This document shows positions 28,067-36,598 of a stretch of DNA of 64,000 nt, piece after piece. The notes below the pieces were generated by a model that worked only from the letters and a program-made list of their open reading frames with translations, was not told the DNA's origin and searched no databases. Position numbers and translations under genes: made by a program. The stretch is from an uncultured virus (IMG/VR IMGVR_UViG_3300021197_001722) (taxonomy: Duplodnaviria > Heunggongvirae > Uroviricota > Caudoviricetes). The stretch's first letter is position 1; each line of letters opens with the position of its first letter. The stretch lies in IMG/VR virus record IMGVR_UViG_3300021197_001722. One strand, 5' to 3'.

Positions 28067-29005
28067 ATGAGAATACTACTAACTGGCGGCACAGGTTTTC
28101 TTGGCAAGAACATTCAAGAGAATCTTGGTAAATTTTTAAATCAAGATCACTCATTAACCGTGATGGGGTCTAGCGTCTATGATCTTAGGTGTCAACACGC
28201 TTGTAGAAAAATGGTTCAATATCACAATCCAGATGTAATAGTACATGCGGCTGGATCTGTAGGCGGAATCGGAGCAAATCAAGAAAACCCCGGTAAGTTT
28301 ATGTACGAGAATCTTGCTATGGGTGCAAATCTTATAGAAAGAGCTAGAATTGAAAAGGTACAAAAGTTTGTTCTACTTGGAACTGTTTGTGCTTATCCTA
28401 AACACACACCTGTACCTTTCGTAGAAGAACATTTATGGGATGGCTATCCAGAAGAAACAAATGCGCCATATGGCATTGCCAAGAAGACGCTCATGCGGCT
28501 CTTACAGGCATACGGAGAGCAGTATGGTATGAGAGGCGCTAACCTAATTCCGGTTAATATGTACGGTCCACACGACCACTTTAATTTGACTAGTAGCCAT
28601 GTGATTCCAGCACTAATCCTTAAATTTTATAATGCGATAAAAAATGGAAGTGAAGTAGAACTTTGGGGGACAGGTAATGTGTCCAGAGAATTTCTTTATG
28701 CTCCAGACTGCGTGAAAGCAATCGCAAAAGCAATAGAAACAGAAGTTAATCTAGAGCCAATAAATATTGGAACAGGAAAAGAAATAACAATTAAAGATCT
28801 AGCAACAGAGATTGCAGAACAGATGGGATACGAAGGTGAAATCAAATGGCAATCAGATAAGCCAGACGGACAACCTAGACGTTGCCTAGACACAAGCAAG
28901 GCTAAAAATCTGCTTGATTTTGAAGCTAAAACAGACCTACAGACAGGACTAAAACAAACCATAGAATGGTTTTTAAACGATAACAACTGGGAGAACCAAG
29001 TATGA
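28067..29005 (+). CDS. fcl: GDP-L-fucose synthase (Fcl/WcaG; ColC-like)
   Basis: GGTGFLG, VGGIGAN, LGTVCAYPK, YGIAK, SHVIPALI and KPDGQPRR motifs. Confidence 0.93.
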   Translation: MRILLTGGTGFLGKNIQENLGKFLNQDHSLTVMGSSVYDLRCQHACRKMVQYHNPDVIVHAAGSVGGIGANQENPGKFMYENLAMGANLIERARIEKVQKFVLLGTVCAYPKHTPVPFVEEHLWDGYPEETNAPYGIAKKTLMRLLQAYGEQYGMRGANLIPVNMYGPHDHFNLTSSHVIPALILKFYNAIKNGSEVELWGTGNVSREFLYAPDCVKAIAKAIETEVNLEPINIGTGKEITIKDLATEIAEQMGYEGEIKWQSDKPDGQPRRCLDTSKAKNLLDFEAKTDLQTGLKQTIEWFLNDNNWENQV

Positions 29006-29433
29006 ATCTAGGAATTTATGTACCATCGCTCGGACCAACAGATCTAAACAATGTATTGTTCACAAAGCTTAATCAATATGTAGATGAAAATACTTTTGAT
29101 GATATTTCATTGTTTTATGACGACATCAACTTTTGCCCAATTGAAGCAAAGTTTGGTCTATTTAATACCCACAACCTTTGGAATTTTACTGGAACTTTAT
29201 TTTGCTTTTCTTTGGATATTGTTCCTAAGCTGCAAAACACAGTAAATAAATTTAAAACCGTTCTAATCTATGACAATAGAAAGAATATATTTAATATTTT
29301 AAAAGCTATGGAAAACTACGACGTTATGTCTGTGAATGAAGACCACGCCAAATACTTAGGTAGAGTTACTGGTAAAAAGGTGAATATTTTAGAATCATTT
29401 GATTTCTCGAAAGCTGCGGAGTTAGCAAAATGA
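29002..29433 (+). CDS. Hypothetical protein
   Basis: 143-aa ORF with ATGA overlaps on both sides. Confidence 0.65.
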   Translation: MNLGIYVPSLGPTDLNNVLFTKLNQYVDENTFDDISLFYDDINFCPIEAKFGLFNTHNLWNFTGTLFCFSLDIVPKLQNTVNKFKTVLIYDNRKNIFNILKAMENYDVMSVNEDHAKYLGRVTGKKVNILESFDFSKAAELAK

Positions 29434-30197
29434 AAACATCTGACGAAAAAATAATTTCTATGTATACAGAGAAACTTATGTCTACATACGAAATCGCAAG
29501 TAAGCTAGAAACTTACCCCAACAAGATTACAAGGACGCTAAAGAAACACGGTATTGTACTTAGGGACAAAAGTCAAGCTCAGAAGTTAGCACTAGATCAG
29601 GGGCGGTGCGAACATCCTACCGCCGGAAAAGAACGCTCGCTTGAAGAAAGAGTTAAAATTAGCTCTGGACTTGTTTCTTATTGGGATTCTATAACAAAGG
29701 ACGAAAGAAAGCGAAGATCAGATCAGGCAAAAGACCGATGGGATAAGATGTCTGCATCTCAAAAAGATAAGATGTCACAGCTTGCTATGGCGGCGGTACG
29801 TCTGGCGGGTAAGGAAGGATCAAAGCTTGAAAATTTTATTGGAAGTAAAATAAAGGAATCAGGATACAGACTGCAATATCACAACAAAACCCTAATTCCT
29901 ACAGAAAAACTAGAAATTGATATTTATGTTCCTGAACTAAAGACTATAATTGAAGTAGATGGACCTTCACACTTTTTGCCAGTTTGGGGTAGTGAGAAAC
30001 TACAAAAACAAATAAAAGCAGATTTACATAAATCTGGCTTGATTTTAAGTCGTGGATACGCTATAATTAGAGTGAAGTCCGTTGGTAGAGAATCATTGAG
30101 TAAAAAGGAAAGGTTAGCTAACGATGTAGTCAATCATCTAAACAGTATAAAGAAAAAGTTTCCCCCTAAAGCAAAAAGATTTATTGAGGTTGAATAA
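29430..30197 (+). CDS. Vsr/DUF559-like (EDxHD-type) endonuclease with an N-terminal HTH; probable free-standing homing endonuclease
   Basis: HTH MSTYEIASKL...LKKHGI; basic helical repeats; SKLE...EIDIY...IEVDGPSH. Confidence 0.75.
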   Translation: MKTSDEKIISMYTEKLMSTYEIASKLETYPNKITRTLKKHGIVLRDKSQAQKLALDQGRCEHPTAGKERSLEERVKISSGLVSYWDSITKDERKRRSDQAKDRWDKMSASQKDKMSQLAMAAVRLAGKEGSKLENFIGSKIKESGYRLQYHNKTLIPTEKLEIDIYVPELKTIIEVDGPSHFLPVWGSEKLQKQIKADLHKSGLILSRGYAIIRVKSVGRESLSKKERLANDVVNHLNSIKKKFPPKAKRFIEVE

Positions 30198-30955
30198 TGA
30201 GTAATGATGATTTATTTGAAAGTGTTGAGCTTGAGACGCCTTCCAACACAGAGGTTGGAACTAAAGATGTTGTACAACCCGCAGTAAGTATTACTGACGT
30301 TGAGTGGAACGACTACGTGTTGTCAAACTTTAATGATAACGAGATGTTTGATGGTCGTCCCCTATGCGCTGGTTTACGTAGGGTTGCAGAACTTCTTCTA
30401 GGGAGAATTGTTGTAAGTAGACCCACTCAAATTTTCCCACCCACTAGCGGTGATGAGATTGGTAGAGCTACGGTTGTTTGGGAGGTAGTGTTTGAGGATG
30501 GTAGTATTTTTAGTGATGTAGCCGACGCTTGGGAGGGCAACACTGACGATACATTTTGCGTGTTTAACACCGCGACTGCGGCAACGCGAGCAGAAGGTCG
30601 TGCGCTCAGAAAGGCTCTTAGGATCAAGACTGTGGCTGCCGAAGAGATGACTACTAAGGATACTGCAAAGGTAGCAAAAAGTATCAGTAAAACCAATGTA
30701 GTACAAAAGGCTGGCGCTGAATACAACTCTTCAGACAGGGTTACGCCCAACCAGCTAGGATTTATCAACACTTTAGCAGAGCGTAATGATATAGATCCTG
30801 TCAAACTATTTAGTGAAGTGTTTAATTTAACACAGGCAACAAAGGTTTCAAAGGCTCAAGCACATAATGCAATCGAGAAATTAAATGAGTACGAAAGGGA
30901 TAAAAGCACTATCCCAGACAATATTCTAGGTTATGACTCTAACTGGAGGAATTAA
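30197..30955 (+). CDS. Putative Rad52/Sak-like single-strand annealing protein
   Basis: AGLRRVA; TAATRAEGRALRKAL; C-terminal TPNQL...A...IEKL extension. Confidence 0.55.
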   Translation: MSNDDLFESVELETPSNTEVGTKDVVQPAVSITDVEWNDYVLSNFNDNEMFDGRPLCAGLRRVAELLLGRIVVSRPTQIFPPTSGDEIGRATVVWEVVFEDGSIFSDVADAWEGNTDDTFCVFNTATAATRAEGRALRKALRIKTVAAEEMTTKDTAKVAKSISKTNVVQKAGAEYNSSDRVTPNQLGFINTLAERNDIDPVKLFSEVFNLTQATKVSKAQAHNAIEKLNEYERDKSTIPDNILGYDSNWRN

Positions 30956-31290
30956 TGAAGGTAGTTTATAGTACTAGAAACGGGCGTCTATCAGTGGAAT
31001 TATCTGGAGACGACCAAAAGACAGTGTTTGCAGAAATCGCTAGATTTCAAGAGGTTTTTGAAGAATCTGTCTGCGGAAAATGCGGTAGTGATAACGTAAG
31101 GTTTGTTGTTAGAACAGTTGATGACAATGAATATTATGAACTTCGCTGCGCAGATTGCGGTGCGCGTCTAGCGTTTGGTGTGAACAAGAAGGGTGGCACA
31201 CTCTTCCCGAAACGTAAAGATGCAGATGGCAACTGGTTGCCTGATCGTGGCTGGGTTAAATGGAATTCCAAAACCGGTCAAAACGAATAG
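30955..31290 (+). CDS. Small zinc-ribbon protein
   Basis: CGKC and CADC pairs. Confidence 0.7.
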   Translation: MKVVYSTRNGRLSVELSGDDQKTVFAEIARFQEVFEESVCGKCGSDNVRFVVRTVDDNEYYELRCADCGARLAFGVNKKGGTLFPKRKDADGNWLPDRGWVKWNSKTGQNE

Positions 31291-31322
31291 AAAAAGGCCA
31301 GTGACACACCATCACTGACCTT
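31291..31322 (-). terminator. Rho-independent terminator for the - strand
   Basis: On the - strand, an 11-bp stem AAGGTCAGTGA/TCACTGGCCTT (one G-U pair), a 7-nt loop and a U-tract. Confidence 0.7.
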
Positions 31323-31327
31323 GTTAG

Positions 31328-31359
31328 AAGAGTCGTCTACGGGCGGCTCTTTTTTATTT
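31328..31359 (+). terminator. Rho-independent terminator for the + strand
   Basis: AAGAGTCGTC-TACG-GGCGGCTCTT (two G-U pairs, cUACGg tetraloop) followed by TTTTATTT. Confidence 0.85.
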
Positions 31360-31413
31360 AGAACCGCAGTTACAATCACCGTCTTCGCACTTGCATTCTT
31401 TAAAAAACAACAT
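31354..31413 (-). CDS. 19-aa Cys-rich small protein (MLFFKECKCEDGDCNCGSK)
   Basis: AGGAG RBS 6 nt upstream overlaps the stop codon of the previous gene. The ORF fills the gap up to the terminators. Confidence 0.5.
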   Translation of the reverse strand: MLFFKECKCEDGDCNCGSK

Positions 31414-31422
31414 GATAGACTC

Positions 31423-32208
31423 CTATAGGTATTCTAGAGTGAAGTAAAGTCCGAAAGCTGTTTTGCTACCAATCGTTTCAGGGCTGGCACTGAGAGCAAC
31501 AAACCAATCGTGTCTAGTAGATTTATGCGTATTACCTTCTTTTGAAAGCCAGTTTACCTTACTATTAGCACCAACTCCATCTGCGTCGTTAGTACCATCA
31601 GTCACATTGCCATTAAGACCGCTCATGCCGGGACTTGAAGTCAAGTTCATGTCTGGAACAGCACCGCCCACAGTTGGTTCAAACTCAAACCATTCGTGGG
31701 TTGCAACGCCTTCTGAAGTATTACTAGCTCTATGATCCAGAGCAATCACGCCCTCGGCAGCACTATTACCAACGGTTGGGTGTGGATGACGAACTTCATA
31801 GACAGCAGTATCAACCTCTGTAGCATGAGTGTCAATATCATTACGATTAAAGATTCTTAATTTACAGTTCTGAGTCGCTACAGCCTCGTCATTTGTAAAT
31901 CTAATATTTAATGGCGCCCAGTAGTTAGGAACGTCATCTAGATCATAATCAGTATCAGAACCATTGTGATTCATCTGTGTGTCAGATTTATACTTAGTGT
32001 TTTGTAGTTTTGTTCCACCAGTACTAGTTCCATCTGAATTTGTCACCCAAGTTGTATTTTGGTACTGACCAACAGGTACAGACAGATTAAATCCATCACC
32101 AAAGAATCCAAGTCCAGATCCAGACAAGTGATCAATTGTGGTTGGATCACTGGGCGAGAGGCTCACCCCTTGATTTATATTTGCGTGAAATGTGATTGCC
32201 GCTGCCAT
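31423..32208 (-). CDS. Putative virion structural protein
   Basis: 261 aa, beta-rich Gly/Ser/Thr composition, AGGAG RBS, last long gene of the tail module. Confidence 0.6.
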   Translation of the reverse strand: MAAAITFHANINQGVSLSPSDPTTIDHLSGSGLGFFGDGFNLSVPVGQYQNTTWVTNSDGTSTGGTKLQNTKYKSDTQMNHNGSDTDYDLDDVPNYWAPLNIRFTNDEAVATQNCKLRIFNRNDIDTHATEVDTAVYEVRHPHPTVGNSAAEGVIALDHRASNTSEGVATHEWFEFEPTVGGAVPDMNLTSSPGMSGLNGNVTDGTNDADGVGANSKVNWLSKEGNTHKSTRHDWFVALSASPETIGSKTAFGLYFTLEYL

Positions 32209-32226
32209 TTTATATATCTCCTATAA

Positions 32227-32254
32227 GAATATGCATATTCAGTATATTATACAC
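32227..32254 (-). promoter_or_regulatory. -10-like element (GTGTATAAT) plus a 14-bp perfect palindrome
   Basis: The - strand reads GTGTATAATATACT followed by GAATATGCATATTC (32227-32240). No clear -35 box. Confidence 0.5.
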
Positions 32255-32263
32255 GAAAATTGT

Positions 32264-35200
32264 TTAACATTGATCAAATCCAAACGATGAGGCATCACCC
32301 CTAGCGCCGCCAGCCTTAGCGCCGTCACCGTTACAATTATTAAAGAAATCGAAGAAACTGTCGTCACCTCCACCTCCACCACCAAAGTCTGTGAAAGGAT
32401 CGCCCCAGTTAATATCGTCGCCAGCCCCTGCGCCAAGCCCAATATTATTATTAATTGTCAAGGTAATCATTTGCTCTCTAGCTTGAGGAACGTTTGGAGA
32501 TCCATTTGAATCTATACCAACGTGACTGATATCATTATGATAACGGAAGAACAAATCATAAGAATTATCTTCGTCAGGGTTGTTTATTTGGAAGGTATTA
32601 GAAGCGTTAGAACTCAAATTATCCCTAGAAAACGGACTAAGACGGATTGGGCCAGTAGCATCTAGCGGTTCTGCTGGTTTCGGATCTGTTAAAAGCGGTG
32701 AAAACACCACTGTTCCCCGAACAACGTATGCTATCAACCCTTCTCCTTGCGGGGGCTTTTCCCCCTGAGTAAGCGGCTGAACACTTAATTTTGAGATAAT
32801 TGGCGCTGCTACTTCTGGGTCGTCAGAGTATGTTATTGTATTATTTTTCCACTCTTCATTGTCTAAAATAGCCTGATTTCTAAAGTCTTCGGGTGCATAG
32901 GAAAGTCCCTCATCATTATCACTTCTGTTAACAAGCGAGGTAATCCGACCGACTTCGCTCACTCCACCTTCTGGGATTTTTAAAATTACCCCACCACCAG
33001 TTCCGCCAACAACGGTAAATTCTTCGCCAACACTATAGCCACCACCACCATCTACAATAATTATATCGTAAGCATTAGCCTGTAATTCATCTCCACGATT
33101 TATAGTAACAACATTATCAGCTTTAACGCCTATGGTTCTATATTTATATGAATACGGTAATAATTTTCCACGTCTAGTTGGATTATACCACCAATCATCT
33201 TTCTCTCTGACTTTATTATCAACACCTACATTTCCCGTGTAAATTGTAGAATCTCCGTATATTTTTTCATCTATATCTGCTAAACCGCCCTCCCATTTTG
33301 TGACCGCTTTTATGTCTACATCGTGTAATTTTTTTCTAATCGGGAACCAGCCGCTTGGATCTGCATAACCTTTTTGTAAAGTTTCATCTTCTAAGATTAA
33401 CCCGTCTGCTCGCAATCTTTGATTAACAGATGCTAAAGTTATATCGCTAATATCATCAGTAAAATCACTAATAATAACCCCGCTGGCTATAGTTGCAATA
33501 TCAAATGATTGTTTTGCAGGACCAACACCTTGATTAAAATGATGAACAACAAAGTATCTTGGATCATATATTGTTAACTCTCTGGGCCATCGCTTATAAC
33601 ATCTCATAAACAAATCCGTAGTATTTGGTTCATCAAAATTCCCTAAATTAAGAGATCTCTGTGTACCACCACCCGCTATCCCAAAATCTTCCAAATGAAC
33701 ATTTTCAGTAGATATAGATAGAGTACCTACAGATCTTAGGGACATAGTAGCACCAATAATACCAATAGCACCTAAAGAAAGGTCTCCATCTAATGCGTTC
33801 CACGTATAATTAGGCCCAGCATACCATAAGTACGGATATCCGTTATCCTTATCTTGTTCTAATTCTGCTTCTACAAATTGAGGTAAATCAGACCCATATT
33901 TTAAACCGTATTTGCCAACAAGACTGTTTTGCGGAGATTGTTCAAGTCCGAAATAGTGTGGATTTGAAGGCTCTTCTAATCTCAAAAGATTTCTTCTAAC
34001 ACTAACTGTTGAAATTGGAGAGTTATAACCAGCACCTTGCCATAATCTTTCAGAATCTACACCTCTACCCTCATAAGTTCCTCCGGGTTGCCCTATCGAC
34101 CCCAAATTTGTTGCTGCTGGTGGTGTAAAGTCAAATTCAAAACCACCATAAGTTTTAGCATCACCGCCCGTACCTACGGTTCCAATGTTAGATCTTTCTA
34201 AGAAAGAATATAGCTCTTTTGTCAGTGGTCTAAATTGTAATCTAGTAAACCTTGTGGGTTGTAAATCGTAAGCTGAGTTATTAAACTCTTCTATTTGAGG
34301 TGTTTTTTGACCACTTGGGTCAGAAAGAATTTCAACCTTGCGCTCAAAAACCCATCCGTATCTATCCTGTGTGCCTAGTTTGTCACCACTAGCAAAGATA
34401 AAGTTGTGAATATCATCACTAAATGATGTCCTGTTTGGATTTTTTTTGTCGTCCGTGATGTCAAATATTACAGCATCAGTTATTGGATATCCATTCTTTC
34501 CTGCCATAGAAGCGTTTGTAGCAATATCAGCAGGCAAATGCTTTAAAGCTGTGGCATTAACATCTTTAAACATACCAAGCTCTTGATGAGCATCACCCGC
34601 GATAGCAACAACATCATTGTTATTTTCTAAAACATTACCGCTAACAGGTAGAAAGTGTAAGTATTCTCTGTCTTTGTAACGAGGAAGAACTGTACTAAAG
34701 TATGTACCTTCTCCCGCCGAGTTTGTGTTCATCTTGGTTACAAAGTCGCTCGTTGATGAATATCCATCTGGAAAAACACAACCAAAGAAAGGGTATGTAT
34801 TTCTAATTTCATCCTCGTAGTCTTTATCTTGTACGTCTCTAAAGTAATCGGTGTTAGATAGTGCGTTCCCGTTCTCCCCTTGGATATACGCTGGAGTCTC
34901 TAGGTACAGGTTCTCTGCTAAGTAATTAATTCCTCCGTCTGGAAAAAAATAATTCTCATTCAATTGTGAATCTGCGATAGCGCCTTTTTTGGTTCGCGTA
35001 CCCCCAATAGAATCACCCATAAAATCCCAAGATGTAACTTGATAAAATTCATTTGGGCCACTAATCTTAGATATAAAAGAACTTTCGTATCTCTCAGAGT
35101 TTTCAGTAAAAATATCACCCTGATAATATTTACAATAAAACCCTTTTTCGTACTCATCAGGTGTGACTGACTCACCATTAGCATCTTTAAAATGCCATTC

Positions 35201-36589
35201 CTGATTTGTCATCAAATACATAAATTCCCACTTAGGATCTCTGTTCTCAACTGCTTTCGGGGTTAGGTCGCCAGAAGAAACAATACCAATCGGAAACCAA
35301 ACGCCTTCAATCCTATTGAGGATAACCATATCACCTCTAGTAAAATTAGTGGGACTTACGTTAGCTACTTTTATGTGCGATTTAGCAAAATTATCAGCTT
35401 TCCGATTTTCTTCATGTGTATTGTAAACTGGCGCCCACTGACGAGGATTAGTATTCTGCATATGAATCGGAATCGCAGAACCAAAGATAATCTCTTGACC
35501 ATCTGTGTGATCTAAAATAGTGTCAACAGAATCAGACTCTAAAGATTCAATACTTACACCCTCCGCTGCCTTTAAATCTGTAGACATAACAGCTATCATC
35601 TGCGGTGTACCAGACTCAAACTTTCCTAAAAAATCAGTATATGATAATGATAGTTCACCCGCCACCTCTGCTTTAGGGTTATAAATATCTGGAATTCCGA
35701 ATATTTTTCCATCTTCAGATTGAAGGAAGTCTCCAGCGCCATAATGACTACGCTTACCAATTACATCAAAGTTCTTTAAAGATACTTTTCTTTCTACCTC
35801 TATTGGTTGTGCAGTAGAAAATAAATACAATCTAAAATTAATTTCTTCTGTTTTTTCTCCAGAAACTTTTTTCTTTATTTGACCTTCCTCTGTTTTCTCT
35901 ATCCCCTGCGTTCTAAATTTAAGCTGTGCAGTCCAATTTATACAACCTTGCTTACTAGACATGACATCTACTAAAAACTCTCTTCTTAATCTATCTTCGA
36001 TATTCCAAATGGTTGTATCTTGACCGGTAGGATCTTGTATAAGTAAAGTATTTATATACCTATTTAAAGCTATGATATACCCTAAGAATGTTCGTGGTTC
36101 AGTATCATCGCCCTCGATAGGAATACTTAGAAGATTTAGCTCGCTAGAAGTCCATATCCTTCCGGGTTGAGCAGGATCTATTTGTGAATATAAATCTTCA
36201 AAATCCCAGTCGGAAAATTTTTGATAGAACTCATATTGTCCATTTCTACCCTTTGTCCTCCAAGCAGTAATATTAATAAACCCATCTTCTTTAGAAGGTG
36301 TAGAACCCGTTCCATCTTTTGCATCGTTGTAAGCTAATATGGTGTGGTAGATGCCATCTTCTAGAATATCTTCAATTTCTGATTCTGGATCGGCAAGGTA
36401 TTCATCATTGGGAACAAAAGCGTCAAATCTGCTTTCTTTAACCCAATACTTAAAACTGTCGGTGTCAAAAGAGGGTAGGGCTAAACTTTGCATAGACAAG
36501 CCCTCTGCAACAAAAAGATGATCCCCTTCTGCCTGACGACCTAAAGATATTTCATTAGATTTTGAATTTGTTTTGTATGATTTAGCCAT
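32264..36589 (-). CDS. Large putative tail/baseplate protein (1441 aa)
   Basis: Acidic protein in the tail module; IIVDGGGGYSVGE..GGTGGG is a motif seen in phage tail proteins. Confidence 0.6.
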   Translation of the reverse strand: MAKSYKTNSKSNEISLGRQAEGDHLFVAEGLSMQSLALPSFDTDSFKYWVKESRFDAFVPNDEYLADPESEIEDILEDGIYHTILAYNDAKDGTGSTPSKEDGFINITAWRTKGRNGQYEFYQKFSDWDFEDLYSQIDPAQPGRIWTSSELNLLSIPIEGDDTEPRTFLGYIIALNRYINTLLIQDPTGQDTTIWNIEDRLRREFLVDVMSSKQGCINWTAQLKFRTQGIEKTEEGQIKKKVSGEKTEEINFRLYLFSTAQPIEVERKVSLKNFDVIGKRSHYGAGDFLQSEDGKIFGIPDIYNPKAEVAGELSLSYTDFLGKFESGTPQMIAVMSTDLKAAEGVSIESLESDSVDTILDHTDGQEIIFGSAIPIHMQNTNPRQWAPVYNTHEENRKADNFAKSHIKVANVSPTNFTRGDMVILNRIEGVWFPIGIVSSGDLTPKAVENRDPKWEFMYLMTNQEWHFKDANGESVTPDEYEKGFYCKYYQGDIFTENSERYESSFISKISGPNEFYQVTSWDFMGDSIGGTRTKKGAIADSQLNENYFFPDGGINYLAENLYLETPAYIQGENGNALSNTDYFRDVQDKDYEDEIRNTYPFFGCVFPDGYSSTSDFVTKMNTNSAGEGTYFSTVLPRYKDREYLHFLPVSGNVLENNNDVVAIAGDAHQELGMFKDVNATALKHLPADIATNASMAGKNGYPITDAVIFDITDDKKNPNRTSFSDDIHNFIFASGDKLGTQDRYGWVFERKVEILSDPSGQKTPQIEEFNNSAYDLQPTRFTRLQFRPLTKELYSFLERSNIGTVGTGGDAKTYGGFEFDFTPPAATNLGSIGQPGGTYEGRGVDSERLWQGAGYNSPISTVSVRRNLLRLEEPSNPHYFGLEQSPQNSLVGKYGLKYGSDLPQFVEAELEQDKDNGYPYLWYAGPNYTWNALDGDLSLGAIGIIGATMSLRSVGTLSISTENVHLEDFGIAGGGTQRSLNLGNFDEPNTTDLFMRCYKRWPRELTIYDPRYFVVHHFNQGVGPAKQSFDIATIASGVIISDFTDDISDITLASVNQRLRADGLILEDETLQKGYADPSGWFPIRKKLHDVDIKAVTKWEGGLADIDEKIYGDSTIYTGNVGVDNKVREKDDWWYNPTRRGKLLPYSYKYRTIGVKADNVVTINRGDELQANAYDIIIVDGGGGYSVGEEFTVVGGTGGGVILKIPEGGVSEVGRITSLVNRSDNDEGLSYAPEDFRNQAILDNEEWKNNTITYSDDPEVAAPIISKLSVQPLTQGEKPPQGEGLIAYVVRGTVVFSPLLTDPKPAEPLDATGPIRLSPFSRDNLSSNASNTFQINNPDEDNSYDLFFRYHNDISHVGIDSNGSPNVPQAREQMITLTINNNIGLGAGAGDDINWGDPFTDFGGGGGGDDSFFDFFNNCNGDGAKAGGARGDASSFGFDQC

Positions 36590-36598
36590 TTTTTCCTC

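Noticed and set aside
10701..29433. Bacterial chromosomal O-antigen or capsule locus
   Set aside because: No export, polymerase or initiating transferase genes. It is interleaved with phage-type replication genes and contiguous with a tail module that shares the same CCWGG bias.
32280..32440. GC-richer stretch with short CCA/CCT repeats
   Set aside because: It encodes the Gly-rich C-terminus of the 1441-aa protein. No evidence for a separate element.
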